Shown: positions 29,704 to 40,342, counted from the first letter of the stretch. The stretch is DNA of 64,000 nucleotides from a bacterium (GCA_023266935.1 JAHFOF010000002.1:4469-68468); one strand, 5' to 3'. Notes: a model not told the origin generated them from the sequence alone. Numbers and translations: made by a program.

Positions 29704-31440
29704 ATGCAAGATATTGAAAAAGTACGACACTCACTCGCCCATTTGCTTGCGGCAGCAGTTTTAGAACTTTATCCAGACACTTTAAATACGATCGGCCCAG
29801 CCGTGGACAACGGCTTTTATTATGATTTTGAATTCAAAGAACCACTCAAGGATAGTGATTTGAAAGAGATAGAGAAAAAAATGAAAAAGCTTTCTAACAC
29901 TTGGACAAGCTTTGAGAAAAAAGACGTCTCGACAGATGAAGCAAAAGAAACTTTTAAAAACAACCCGTATAAACTTGAATTGATTGAAGAAATTTTAACC
30001 AAAGGTGAACCTCTCACTCTCTACACATCGGGCAACTTCACCGATCTTTGCCGAGGAGGACATGTGCAGAACATGAAAGATGTTTCTATGGATGCTTTTA
30101 AACTTTCTCGCATTGCTGGTGCTTATTGGCGTGGAGATGAGAAGAACAAAATGCTCACTCGCATTTATGGTTTGGCTTTTAATACTAAAGAAGAATTAGA
30201 TGAATACGAAAAGCTTCAGGAAGAAGCCCGGAAACGCGACCATCGAAAATTGGGTAAAGAATTAGATCTTTTCACTTTCTCTGATTATGTGGGCAGTGGA
30301 CTCCCCCTCTACACTCCACGAGGAGCATTGATCAGAAGACTTTTGAACGAATATGTCGAATCTCTTCAAACCGAAGCCGGATATACTCAAGTCTGGACTC
30401 CGCAGATAGCCAAAGCCTCGCTCTTCAAACAATCAGGTCACTACGAAAAATACAAAGATGACATGTTTCGTGTAGTTTCAAATTATTCTGATGAAGAATT
30501 TTTCTTGAAACCGATGAACTGTCCCCAACATACCCAAATCTATGCAAGCCAAATGAGAAGCTACCGCGACCTCCCTATCCGCTACACCGATTTCGCCATG
30601 TTATACAGAGATGAACAACCAGGACAACTTTCTGGTCTCGCTCGCGTTCGTTCATTCTCTCAAGACGATTGTCATATTTTCTGCAGAGAAGACCAAGTAG
30701 ATAAAGAGATAGATGTCGCTTTGAAAATGACTAAACAAATTCTCGAAACTTTTGGTTTGAAATATAAATATAGACTTTCTACTCGTGATCCAGAGAAAAA
30801 AGATAGCTATCTTGGAGACCCGAAGATTTGGGACAAAGTTGAAGAGTGGGCAGAAAAAATCATGAAGCGAAATAAAATTGAATTCGTGCCCGGACCAGGA
30901 GAAGCCGCTTTCTATGCGCCCAAGATGGACCTCATCGCCACAGATGCCTTGGGTCGAGAATGGCAACTTTCTACCGTGCAGATTGATTATGTGATGCCCG
31001 AAAGGTTTGATCTCACTTATACAGATTCAGACGGCAAACAAAAGCGTCCTGTGATGCTCCACCGAGCCATCATCGGTTCAGCCGAAAGGTTTATGATGAT
31101 TATCCTCGAACATTTTGCTGGCAATCTCCCTCTGTGGCTCTCTCCTATACAAATAAAGGTTATTCCTGTTCGCACAAACCACAATGAATACGCAGAAAAA
31201 ATTGTAAAAATCTTAGAACAAAATGGTGTTCGAGTTGATTTTGATAATAAAGATGAAAACTTGGGTGCAAAAGTTCGAGATGCCAAGAATCAAAAAATTC
31301 CCTATTGGGTAGTCATTGGAGACAAAGAAATTGAATCAAACAAAGTTACCCTTGAATCTCGAGATGCTGGAAACTTGGGACAGATATCCACTGAAGATCT
31401 CGTATCAAAAATCAATAAGGAAATAGAAAATAAAAACTAG
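29704..31440 (+). CDS. thrS: Threonyl-tRNA synthetase
   Basis: RHSLAHLLA, DHRKLGKELDLF, KPMNCP and HRAIIGS motifs. Confidence 0.97.
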   Translation: MQDIEKVRHSLAHLLAAAVLELYPDTLNTIGPAVDNGFYYDFEFKEPLKDSDLKEIEKKMKKLSNTWTSFEKKDVSTDEAKETFKNNPYKLELIEEILTKGEPLTLYTSGNFTDLCRGGHVQNMKDVSMDAFKLSRIAGAYWRGDEKNKMLTRIYGLAFNTKEELDEYEKLQEEARKRDHRKLGKELDLFTFSDYVGSGLPLYTPRGALIRRLLNEYVESLQTEAGYTQVWTPQIAKASLFKQSGHYEKYKDDMFRVVSNYSDEEFFLKPMNCPQHTQIYASQMRSYRDLPIRYTDFAMLYRDEQPGQLSGLARVRSFSQDDCHIFCREDQVDKEIDVALKMTKQILETFGLKYKYRLSTRDPEKKDSYLGDPKIWDKVEEWAEKIMKRNKIEFVPGPGEAAFYAPKMDLIATDALGREWQLSTVQIDYVMPERFDLTYTDSDGKQKRPVMLHRAIIGSAERFMMIILEHFAGNLPLWLSPIQIKVIPVRTNHNEYAEKIVKILEQNGVRVDFDNKDENLGAKVRDAKNQKIPYWVVIGDKEIESNKVTLESRDAGNLGQISTEDLVSKINKEIENKN

Positions 31441-31456
31441 CCATCCTTTCGGATCG

Positions 31457-31666
31457 CTAGGTTAAAGCCGACTGATCACCACCCTTGTTGTTTGATTGCT
31501 CTTCGAGAAGACCGTGACTGATATAAAAACTAATCCTAGAAAATGCTGACATCTTGAACGGACACGGTTCACGTCCGCATGTTGTCACAGCACCCTCTGG
31601 GACTGCCCGATGACAAACCCTACAATTTTCTGTCTTCTTCTCGTTCCCGTCCTCCAATCGAGACAT
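31457..31666 (-). CDS. Small hypothetical protein with CxxC...C...C (possible Zn-binding)
   Basis: AAGGAGG SD; CRVC...CGREPC. Confidence 0.55.
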   Translation of the reverse strand: MSRLEDGNEKKTENCRVCHRAVPEGAVTTCGREPCPFKMSAFSRISFYISHGLLEEQSNNKGGDQSALT

Positions 31667-31717
31667 CTGAACCTCCTTTGGGTGATCCTTCTTTTTAGGA
31701 TACTAAAACACTATGCC

Positions 31718-33784
31718 TTAAACATCAAGTGTTGCTTTCTTTGCGTTACTCTGAATAAATGATTTTCTAGACGGAACATCTGTGCCCATGAGGATATCGA
31801 AGACTTTGTCTGCATCGCGTCCATCTTCTACATTGACCTGTTTCATAATGCGGACTTTTGGATCCATGGTAGTTTCCCAAAGTTCATCTGCATTCATTTC
31901 TCCGAGACCTTTGTAGCGTTGAATAGAAATTTTGGCTTCGCGTTTCTTGGCTCCTTTTGTTTCTTCTCCCTCTTCTTCGATCTCTTCGGATGATTCCTCA
32001 ACTTCAACTATATCTTCGAGGTTTACATCCTTGCCAACTTTTTTGTTTTTTTCTTCATCCGAATATGCATACAAAACTTCTTTGCCTTTTTTGATTTTAT
32101 AAAGCGGAGGTTGAGCGATATAAACAAAGCCCGCATCAATCAGAGGGCGGAAAAATCTATAAAGTAAAGTAAGAAGAAGAGTTCGGATGTGAGCTCCATC
32201 CACATCAGCATCTGTAGCTATAATAATTTTATGATAACGAAGTTTCGAAATATCAAATGTGTCGCCGATCGCAGTGCCGAGTGCAACCACCAAGTTTTTT
32301 ATTTGTTCTGAACCAAGCATTCTGTCCAAACGAGCTCGTTCGATGTTCAATATTTTTCCTCGAAGAGGAAGGATGGCTTGTATTCTCCTGTCACGTCCCA
32401 TTTTCGCTGTACCACCGGCTGAATCTCCTTCCACAATAAATAATTCTGATTCTTCTGCACTCTTTGACTGGCAATCGGCCAATTTACCTGGAAGAGTCAT
32501 CCCTTCCAAAGCTCCTTTGCGTAGAACAGAATCCTTGGCCGCCTTGGCCGCCTTGCGAGCTTTGAGAGCTAGTACTACCTTTTGGATAATCGCCTTGGCA
32601 TCATCTGGATTTTCTTCAAGAAACATGCTGAAAGCATCCCCAAAAATCGTAGTGACCATGCCTTGTGCCTCGACCGAACCAAGCTTGCCTTTGGTCTGAC
32701 CTTCGAATTGAATTTCGCGGAGTTTAATAGATATAACCGCAGTCAAACCTTCTAAGACATCATCTCCAGTAAAGTTGTCTTCCTTTTCACTAACCAAATT
32801 ATTCTTGCGGGCATAAGTGTTTAAAGTTCTCGTGAGAGTCGTTTTGAATCCTGTCACATGAGTTCCCCCTTCAGAGTTATAAATATTGTTCGCAAATGGG
32901 AGAATGCGCGATGAAATATCGTCTACGTATTGTAAGGCTACTTCAACTGTCTCATAATCATTACCGTTCGCTGGTTTTTCCACATAAAAAATATTTTTGT
33001 GTATTGGTTTCTGGAGATGATTCTCAAACCGCACCAAAGACATCAATCCCCCTTCAAAATAAAATGACACCGATGGTGTTTCTAATCCAAGTTCTCGAAT
33101 ATAAAATACTTCTGTATCTTTTATTTTTTCTTCTGCTCTGGCATCAATGATAGAAACGCGCATGCCTTTGACCAAATAGGCTTGCTGTCTAAGGTGGTTG
33201 ACAATTCGTTCATAACTAAAATTTATTTCAGGAAAAATCGATGGGTCTGGTTGGAAAGTAATGATAGAACCGGTGTTCTTTGTTGAACCAACTTTTTTTA
33301 CCGCAGATTTTTTCTTGCCCAAACTGTATTCTTGGGCATAAACACCGCCGTCTCTATGAATTTCAGCTCTACAGTAAACAGAGAGAGCATTCACCACTGA
33401 AGCTCCCACCCCGTGTAAACCTCCGGAAACCTTATATCCTTCTCCACCAAATTTTCCTCCTGCATGGAGTGTGGTCATGATAGTTTCCAGTGCGGAAACT
33501 TTTGTTTGTTTATGAATATCTACGGGGATACCTCGACCATTATCCACAACTCGAATCTTAGAATCAGGTAAAAGGGTAACCTCTATGTCGTTGGCAAAAC
33601 CCCCCATCGCTTCGTCCCGTGAGTTATCGAAAATCTCCCATACAAGGTGATGAAGCCCATCTGGGCCAGTAGTTCCTATATACATCCCAGGACGCTTCCT
33701 GACAGGATCTAGGCCTTCTAGAACCGTGATATCTGCTGCCCCGTAGCTACCTGTTTTCTTCTTTTCTGGACTATCTTTGGCCAT
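31718..33784 (-). CDS. gyrB: DNA gyrase subunit B (type IIA topoisomerase B)
   Basis: RKRPGMYIG, EGDSAGG, PLRGK and YKGLGEMN motifs. Confidence 0.95.
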   Translation of the reverse strand: MAKDSPEKKKTGSYGAADITVLEGLDPVRKRPGMYIGTTGPDGLHHLVWEIFDNSRDEAMGGFANDIEVTLLPDSKIRVVDNGRGIPVDIHKQTKVSALETIMTTLHAGGKFGGEGYKVSGGLHGVGASVVNALSVYCRAEIHRDGGVYAQEYSLGKKKSAVKKVGSTKNTGSIITFQPDPSIFPEINFSYERIVNHLRQQAYLVKGMRVSIIDARAEEKIKDTEVFYIRELGLETPSVSFYFEGGLMSLVRFENHLQKPIHKNIFYVEKPANGNDYETVEVALQYVDDISSRILPFANNIYNSEGGTHVTGFKTTLTRTLNTYARKNNLVSEKEDNFTGDDVLEGLTAVISIKLREIQFEGQTKGKLGSVEAQGMVTTIFGDAFSMFLEENPDDAKAIIQKVVLALKARKAAKAAKDSVLRKGALEGMTLPGKLADCQSKSAEESELFIVEGDSAGGTAKMGRDRRIQAILPLRGKILNIERARLDRMLGSEQIKNLVVALGTAIGDTFDISKLRYHKIIIATDADVDGAHIRTLLLTLLYRFFRPLIDAGFVYIAQPPLYKIKKGKEVLYAYSDEEKNKKVGKDVNLEDIVEVEESSEEIEEEGEETKGAKKREAKISIQRYKGLGEMNADELWETTMDPKVRIMKQVNVEDGRDADKVFDILMGTDVPSRKSFIQSNAKKATLDV

Positions 33785-33845
33785 GTGTTTTATGCCCCTT
33801 ATTATAGCAAATTAGGGTCCAAAATGGAAGCCCTAAAACGGTGAA

Positions 33846-34352
33846 TTAATCTATAAAAATAGCCATTTTTCGCCACTCCTTCTCAAAGGTTTTTATATCA
33901 ACAAATCGAGCATTCCTATCCCTATCATTTGAAGTACTTTCTGGATCATGAAAATAGAATCCCGAGACACTCCCCTCCGCTTCTTCGTAACCAGTAAGCA
34001 CAACCGTATGAAACTTTGTTTGTCCTAAGATAAATTTAATTATAGAAACTATGACAGGACTATTTTTGTCCAAAGAATTTTTTAGAGATTCAATGTTTTC
34101 AATCTTTTCTGCTCGATAAGATTCTAGCCCATATCCTTTGGCTAGATTTACAATCGAATCATGGAACCATCCTGATTTTCCATATCCGCCTTCTGTCTCT
34201 CCCTTTTTAATTAATTCTATTATGGGAACATTTTCTGCCTTGTGTTTAAAACTTAAAATCATTTTTAAACAAGTAGGTAAACAAGCACGGGGCATCCAGA
34301 ATTTATCTTCCACGTCTACAAATTGCGAATAGTATGGAACAGAGAGTTTCAT
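33846..34352 (-). CDS. C39-like cysteine peptidase
   Basis: VPYYSQ..AC, H-VVLTGY and FHDP motifs. Confidence 0.8.
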   Translation of the reverse strand: MKLSVPYYSQFVDVEDKFWMPRACLPTCLKMILSFKHKAENVPIIELIKKGETEGGYGKSGWFHDSIVNLAKGYGLESYRAEKIENIESLKNSLDKNSPVIVSIIKFILGQTKFHTVVLTGYEEAEGSVSGFYFHDPESTSNDRDRNARFVDIKTFEKEWRKMAIFID

Positions 34353-34924
34353 TTGCTTAATTCTTTTATTAAATTATCTTTTTGTTTTAGATCAATTCTA
34401 TTTTCTGGAATTTCCACTACAAACCTTTTTTCTTTTATATTTGCTACTCGGCCATAACCAACTATGTTTTTAAAGGATGGACTCTCATCAAGATTTTCAA
34501 TCAAAACTAGACCTTTATACCATTTTCCTGATGCTTGGATAATCTTTCCGTCATCCAAATACATTCCTACATGGTTCGGGGATTTTTTATCATCACCTTC
34601 ATTATATGAATAAACAAAATCCCCAAATTTTAATTCTTCTTTATTAATAGGTTGGGTAAAGGAAAACTTTTCTATCACCAAACTCGGCATCCACACGCCG
34701 GCAAATGTATATAAATAACTTAAGAGAGACGAGCAACTAAAATAATCTGAGGCATCTTCTCGCATTGAGGTGTTAAATTTATACGGTTTGCCTAAAGTCT
34801 CCTCAATATGAGCCCTGAGTGCTGATTCAACTTCTACGTGTTGATATTTTAGACCACTCTTATTTAATGCTTCTTCATTCGTTTCCTTTTCTGATAACCC
34901 CACTCTGTATATCCAACTATTCAT
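34349..34924 (-). CDS. NlpC/P60-family peptidase
   Basis: GKPY, SCSSL, GDFV and HVGMYL motifs. Confidence 0.8.
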   Translation of the reverse strand: MNSWIYRVGLSEKETNEEALNKSGLKYQHVEVESALRAHIEETLGKPYKFNTSMREDASDYFSCSSLLSYLYTFAGVWMPSLVIEKFSFTQPINKEELKFGDFVYSYNEGDDKKSPNHVGMYLDDGKIIQASGKWYKGLVLIENLDESPSFKNIVGYGRVANIKEKRFVVEIPENRIDLKQKDNLIKELSK

Positions 34925-36072
34925 TAGGCAAGGCGAATTATGCCTCCGAACTCTTCGGTCGTAGATTCTTCAAGTTTAGAATGCAATTCATTTACTTCTG
35001 CATTCGTCAGGGTTTTATCCAAATGTCTATAAGTAATCCTGAAGGTATAGCTAATTTTTCCTTCTCCGAATTTCTCTGCATTTTCGTATTTATCCAAAAG
35101 AGCCACTTCCTCAACCATCGCACCTCCGATGTCTCGAATGTGATCAAAATAGTCATTTAAAATGAAATCTTCTTTCTTCACTACAAATGAGATATCTCTA
35201 ACCACGGGTGGAAATTTGCTAACTTCTTTAAATTTATGTCCCAAGACAAGCTGTTTTTTCACTCGTTCATCGTTCGACCAAAGGAGTCGAATATCTGGAA
35301 GTTCCATACTGACTATGGCCAATCTTTCCAATCCAAAACCGAAGGCCCAACCAGTATATTCATCTGGATTAACTCCAAAGTTTTTCAAAACTTCTTTCCT
35401 GACTATTCCACCGCCCAAAACTTCGACCCATTTTCCATCCTTCTCTATTTCCATTTCTATTGATGGGTCCGTGAATGGAAAAGAATCAACATTGAATCTA
35501 ATTTTTGTTTCTGGCCCAAAAATAGATTTGGCTATATCACTCAAAACACTTTTTAAATCTTCTTCGGTAATAACTTTTTCTGACTTTGGGGCAAGGTACC
35601 AACCATCGAGCTGGTGAAAAACATTCATATGGTGACGGTCTATCTCATCCTTGCGATAAACTTTTCCAAAACTAACTGAACCAACAGATTCACCTCGAGC
35701 AATCTTTTCTTTAACTTCTGGATCCTGTAGATAGTAGTACCACATCACAGTTGTGTGCGTGCGAAGAATATTTTTATCATTTACATAATATGTATCTGAT
35801 TTACTTCGCGCTGGATGGTCGGGAGCGAAGTTAAATAAATCAAAACTTATGTCTGTGGGTACGATTTCTGGTGCTTCGATAATATCTAAATTATTTAAAC
35901 TCGGAAGGTTGATGGCCCTGTCTATCATATCTTTTATAGGACTCCCTTCTAACCTCGAAAGGTCTGGCATGCTTAGATAACGTTTGATGCGCTCACCTTC
36001 TACGTCGTGTCTTTGATCAAGTTCTTTGATCAAACGTTTCTGTTCGTCTAGATTTACGGTGATATTCTTCAT
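34924..36072 (-). CDS. pheS: Phenylalanyl-tRNA synthetase catalytic domain fused to an FDX-ACB anticodon-binding domain (single-chain type)
   Basis: LRTHT, FHQLDG, FPFTDPS and AFGFGLERL, then FPPVVRDISF...YRHLDKTLT. Confidence 0.9.
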   Translation of the reverse strand: MKNITVNLDEQKRLIKELDQRHDVEGERIKRYLSMPDLSRLEGSPIKDMIDRAINLPSLNNLDIIEAPEIVPTDISFDLFNFAPDHPARSKSDTYYVNDKNILRTHTTVMWYYYLQDPEVKEKIARGESVGSVSFGKVYRKDEIDRHHMNVFHQLDGWYLAPKSEKVITEEDLKSVLSDIAKSIFGPETKIRFNVDSFPFTDPSIEMEIEKDGKWVEVLGGGIVRKEVLKNFGVNPDEYTGWAFGFGLERLAIVSMELPDIRLLWSNDERVKKQLVLGHKFKEVSKFPPVVRDISFVVKKEDFILNDYFDHIRDIGGAMVEEVALLDKYENAEKFGEGKISYTFRITYRHLDKTLTNAEVNELHSKLEESTTEEFGGIIRLA

Positions 36073-36139
36073 AACTTCTAATTATACAGAAAGCTTGAAA
36101 AAACTGAAATAATGGCTTATAATCTGATTTCTCTTAGAT

Positions 36140-37390
36140 ATGTCGGTTGCCCAATCCCTCATCTTGTATTTCACCCTTTTTGTCTCGCTTTTTTTCGAGA
36201 TTTTCCTTTTAATAACCTATATTGAGACCCGCGAGAAGATAAAATTAGAGAAAGCAGAATGCGACCGTAATACTGATCATTTCCCCACTGTTACTATTAT
36301 CGTCCCTTGTTTTAACGAAGCTCCAACAGTTGAAAAGACCGTTGAATCTCTTTTTAATCTAAATTATCCACAAGACAAACTTTCTCTCTTGCTTATTGAT
36401 GATGGTTCTACAGACGACACCTTGAAAGTTTTAAAAAGATTTGAAAATAATCCTCAAGTAAAAGTTTTTTCTAAAGAAAATGAAGGGAGTAAATACTCTG
36501 CTCTAAATTTTGGATTAACTAAAATAGATAGCGAATTCGTTGGTTGTCTCGATGCAGATTCATTTGTAGGCAGTGAGGCTTTAAAAAGAATTGTGCCATT
36601 TTTTAGAGATTCGAGCATCATGGCAGTCACCCCTTCAATCAGAGTGCACGACCCAAAAACCATACTTCAGTATGTTCAGAAAGTTGAATACAGTTGGGGT
36701 GTTTTCCTTCGTCGAATGCTTTCGGCCATCGGAGCCCTCTATGTCACTCCTGGACCATTCTCTATCTTTAGAACCCAAGTATTTAAAGATTTAGGACACT
36801 ACAAAGAGGGGCACCACACCGAAGATCTGGAGTTAGCTCTGCGTATGCAAAAGCATAGATACAAAATCGTTAACGCTGTTGATGCTTATGTCTTCACCGT
36901 AGCCCCAAGGACTTTAAGGCCACTCCATAAACAACGAGTGCGTTGGACGTATGGATTTTTAAAAAATGCTTATGATTATAAAGAAATGTTTTTAAATAAA
37001 AAGTATGGTAATGTCGGTTTGTTTATTTTGCCCATAGCCACCTTCTCAATATTCTCTTCTCTTTATTTGGCTGGAACTTTTATTTGGAGTAGCGTTGGTA
37101 AAATCACAAATCAAATAGTTAAATATCAAGCCGTGGGCTGGACTTGGCCGTTCACTCATCTTTCTTTTGATTGGTTCTTCATCAACACTGGAGTTTTTTA
37201 TATAGTTTCTACAACCACATTTCTTTTGGCTCTCTTTCTTCTCTTTACCGCCATCCGACTGACCAACGGTAGATTCAAATTTGGTAGAGACATCGTATAT
37301 TACCTTTCGATATACGTTTTCATCGTGCCTTTGTGGTTAGCCAAATCTGTGTATAATATTGTTCTTGATAGAAAAATTAGCTGGAGATAA
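36140..37390 (+). CDS. Processive GT2 glycosyltransferase (PgaC/IcaA-like)
   Basis: DDGSTD, DAD, TED and QRVRW motifs with TM helices. Confidence 0.88.
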   Translation: MSVAQSLILYFTLFVSLFFEIFLLITYIETREKIKLEKAECDRNTDHFPTVTIIVPCFNEAPTVEKTVESLFNLNYPQDKLSLLLIDDGSTDDTLKVLKRFENNPQVKVFSKENEGSKYSALNFGLTKIDSEFVGCLDADSFVGSEALKRIVPFFRDSSIMAVTPSIRVHDPKTILQYVQKVEYSWGVFLRRMLSAIGALYVTPGPFSIFRTQVFKDLGHYKEGHHTEDLELALRMQKHRYKIVNAVDAYVFTVAPRTLRPLHKQRVRWTYGFLKNAYDYKEMFLNKKYGNVGLFILPIATFSIFSSLYLAGTFIWSSVGKITNQIVKYQAVGWTWPFTHLSFDWFFINTGVFYIVSTTTFLLALFLLFTAIRLTNGRFKFGRDIVYYLSIYVFIVPLWLAKSVYNIVLDRKISWR

Positions 37391-38046
37391 TGGATAATAA
37401 AAAATACATCTTTGCGTTTCTCATTACCATAGCCATCTTTGTTGTGGCCATCTTTATGTCAAATTATTTGGGGCAAAAGAAACTCGAGGATGTCCGAGCA
37501 GTAGAAAACCAGCTTTCGCTCGACATCCTTTCGAGTGAGACCCAATCAACTCTCCTAGAAGAAACTTCTTGTAGCGATGTGAAAAACAACTACTTGTCTG
37601 GACAATTAGCAGAATTGGGAGACAAACTTTCTTATGCCGCCAGTCAAAACAGCGCCAATAATGCAGATATAAAAAATCTAAAAGAATATTATTCTCTTTT
37701 GGAAATCAAAGATTATTTGTTAATGAAAAAAATCACAACCAAGTGTGGAAGTCATCCAACCTTTATCCTTTATTTTTATGCAAACACAGACAAATGTCCT
37801 GATTGTGAAAAAACTGGTTTTGTCCTCGACGCTCTAAGACAAAAATACCCTTCGATTAGAATCTACTCCTTCGACTATCAACTAGACCAGGTCGCGGTTA
37901 AGACCCTGATCTCCGTTTATCACTTAAATGGCATCCTCCCAGCCCTTATTATCAACGGAGATCCTTATTATGGTTATCAGAGCTTGGATGAACTGGAAAC
38001 GACTGTTCCAGCCCTTCAGCGCCTCAAATACAGCCTTTCAAACTAA
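37390..38046 (+). CDS. Membrane-anchored protein with a C-terminal thioredoxin-like CxxC
   Basis: N-terminal TM, YFY...CPDC, P-ALIING. Confidence 0.7.
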   Translation: MDNKKYIFAFLITIAIFVVAIFMSNYLGQKKLEDVRAVENQLSLDILSSETQSTLLEETSCSDVKNNYLSGQLAELGDKLSYAASQNSANNADIKNLKEYYSLLEIKDYLLMKKITTKCGSHPTFILYFYANTDKCPDCEKTGFVLDALRQKYPSIRIYSFDYQLDQVAVKTLISVYHLNGILPALIINGDPYYGYQSLDELETTVPALQRLKYSLSN

Positions 38047-38048
38047 AC

Positions 38049-38124
38049 TGGAGCCACCTCCCAGATTTGAACTGGGGACCTTCGCTTTACAAAAGCGTTG
38101 CTCTACCAACTGAGCTAAGGTGGC
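38049..38124 (-). tRNA. tRNA-Thr(UGU)
   Basis: GCCACCTTAGCTCAGTTGGTAGAGC...TTTGTAA...GTTCAAATCTGGGAGGTGGCTCCA cloverleaf with encoded CCA. Confidence 0.95.
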
Positions 38125-38130
38125 GTATTC

Positions 38131-38529
38131 TTACTCTACCAAATCCTTACCATTTTGAGAATCTCCATTTTCTTTATCAGAAAGATTCTTAAAAAATTCT
38201 GATATCCCATCATTCTTTTTATTAAGAATTTTGGTGTTTCGAATATCACCCAAATACTTCTCTATTTTTTCTTTAACCAAAGATTCGGTTTTATAATAAA
38301 CATTCTTTGTATGAAGTGGGAGTTGTTTCTTTATAAGAAAACCGCTTTTTTCTTTTAATTCAGAATAATGCTGAGTAGCAAGGTGTGTGGCCTCTTTAAT
38401 TCTGTGATCGCTTTTAGAAATAAAATTCAAAGGGAAAACAGATTTTTTATGTTTTAATTCAAACATCTTGGTCGCAAGCAACACCACCAAACAAACGCCT
38501 GAGATTGCAAAGATGGTTGTTAGAATCAT
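38131..38529 (-). CDS. Hypothetical protein with N-terminal TM helix
   Basis: 132-aa ORF directly downstream of tsf. Confidence 0.7.
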   Translation of the reverse strand: MILTTIFAISGVCLVVLLATKMFELKHKKSVFPLNFISKSDHRIKEATHLATQHYSELKEKSGFLIKKQLPLHTKNVYYKTESLVKEKIEKYLGDIRNTKILNKKNDGISEFFKNLSDKENGDSQNGKDLVE

Positions 38530-38538
38530 TTAAGTAGA

Positions 38539-39129
38539 TTATTCAGAAACAGAAAACCTAGCGAAACGTCTGATCTCTGTCCTTTCTCCAAATTTCTGTA
38601 CCGCCCCGTTCACCAAATCAATAATTTTTTGATCAGGATTTTTAATAAAAGCTTGCTCTAAGAGAACTTTATCTGCAAAGTATGAATCAACTTTTCCTGC
38701 CAAGATTTTCTCCTGCATATCCTTTGGTTTGTCTTCTACTTCGGTTTTAAACGTTTCAGCCACTTTATTTCTGTCTTCCTCTGAAATGTCTTCTCGTTTA
38801 AGGAAGGATGGATTGGTCGCCGCTACTTGCATGGCTATATCTCTGGCTATAGCTTGAAATTCTGGGTTTTTTGCCACGAAGTCTGTCTCACAAGAAAGCT
38901 CTACCATGGTAGCTATATTGCCCGATGCGTGAATATAAGCAGACACGGTGCCTGATCCGAGGGTCCTGTCGCCCTTCTTTGCGGCTATCTCTCCACCCTT
39001 TTTTTGGAGCATGATTCTGGCTTTTTCTTTATCTCCTCCAGCATCCTCAAGAGCTTTTTTGCACTGCATTATAGAAAGTCCTGTTTCGTCCCTGAGAGCT
39101 TTGATTTCAGCGGTAGTGATGGTGGTCAT
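38539..39129 (-). CDS. tsf: Elongation factor Ts (short form)
   Basis: LRDETGLSIMQCKKAL and ELSCETDFVA motifs. Confidence 0.95.
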   Translation of the reverse strand: MTTITTAEIKALRDETGLSIMQCKKALEDAGGDKEKARIMLQKKGGEIAAKKGDRTLGSGTVSAYIHASGNIATMVELSCETDFVAKNPEFQAIARDIAMQVAATNPSFLKREDISEEDRNKVAETFKTEVEDKPKDMQEKILAGKVDSYFADKVLLEQAFIKNPDQKIIDLVNGAVQKFGERTEIRRFARFSVSE

Positions 39130-39164
39130 TTTATTAAAGTACTTACAAACTTACACTAATAAAT

Positions 39165-39896
39165 TTATTCCTTTTTTGGTTCTTCGGTTGGTTTTTGTTT
39201 AGAAAGACCCATCTTATAAGCAGAAACGATTTCTCCTATGATATATGAGATGCTGGCTTGACTTGAATCATTGGCTGGTATCGCGAAATCTACAGAATAC
39301 AAATCACAATCAGAACCGGCGAGAGCGATCACTGGGATTTTCATTTTTTGTGCTTCAGAAACAGCAATGGATTCTTTTTTGGGATCAACAACCACAACGA
39401 TTTTTGGAAGAGCTTTCATGGTGGCTAGACCAGCAAAATAAATATTGAGGTTTTCTATCTCTCGATCAATCAAAAGTCTTTCTTTTTTGGTATATTTACC
39501 CAGCTCTCCTCGTTCCTTCTGGCCCATCAAATCTTCCATCTTCGCAATTCTTTTTTTGATTTCAGAAAAGTTTGTGATCGATCCTCCAATCCATCGTCCT
39601 GCAACGAACGGCATCCCAAGTTCTTTGCCCGCCTTCTCTACTGCCTTTCGAGCTTCTGATTTGCCTCCAACAAAGAGAACTGACGCTCCGGTAGAAGCTT
39701 TGTCCTCTACAAATTTTAAAGCCTTCTCGAGTGCTGTTTTAACCTTTTCGAGGTCAAAGATTTCAATCTTGTTTTTGATACCAAAGATATATTCCTTGGC
39801 CGAAGGGTGTCGGCGGGATTTTACAAAACCAAAATGAGCTCCTGCTTTGAAGAGCTCGTTGATTTTTGGGTCATTTGAAGCCGTTTTGTCTGTCAT
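39165..39896 (-). CDS. rpsB: 30S ribosomal protein S2
   Basis: AGAHFG and RWIGGSITNF motifs. Confidence 0.96.
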   Translation of the reverse strand: MTDKTASNDPKINELFKAGAHFGFVKSRRHPSAKEYIFGIKNKIEIFDLEKVKTALEKALKFVEDKASTGASVLFVGGKSEARKAVEKAGKELGMPFVAGRWIGGSITNFSEIKKRIAKMEDLMGQKERGELGKYTKKERLLIDREIENLNIYFAGLATMKALPKIVVVVDPKKESIAVSEAQKMKIPVIALAGSDCDLYSVDFAIPANDSSQASISYIIGEIVSAYKMGLSKQKPTEEPKKE

Positions 39897-39976
39897 AAAC
39901 GTCCGAGTATTCTACCAAAACACTATAGTTTTTGCAATAAAAATCCTCAAGCACTACCCAGAGCTTGAGGATTTTC

Positions 39977-40342
39977 CTACACGAGGCGGGGCAACGAATC
40001 ACGAATAATCTTTAACGCTAACCCAGTTTCTCGAGTCCTTGGAATGACAAGGATACCAAGACGGAATGCGAGTTCAATCTCGCGCTTCATTCCATCGGTG
40101 ATTCTGTCACCATAGAGCCAGAGCTCATCAATGAAACCGCGCCTGAAATACTCTTTGTTTACGCTTCTTTCGAGCCTTTTGTCTCTCTTGCTGTTTCCAA
40201 GATAGCGTCTCCAAACGAGACTCGGAAAAACTGGAATGACGCGTGAAGAATGGATTCGAAGGCAAATCTCGATAACCTTCTGCGTATTACCCTCGATATC
40301 TCCAGACATCGGATGGGCAACAAAAACCATTTTTTTGGCCAC
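39977..40342 (-). CDS. Nucleoside 2-deoxyribosyltransferase-like/DUF4406-like protein
   Basis: VFVAHPMSGD...DELWLYGDRITDGMKREIELA; probable GTG start at 40342 with GAGG SD. Confidence 0.7.
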   Translation of the reverse strand: MAKKMVFVAHPMSGDIEGNTQKVIEICLRIHSSRVIPVFPSLVWRRYLGNSKRDKRLERSVNKEYFRRGFIDELWLYGDRITDGMKREIELAFRLGILVIPRTRETGLALKIIRDSLPRLV

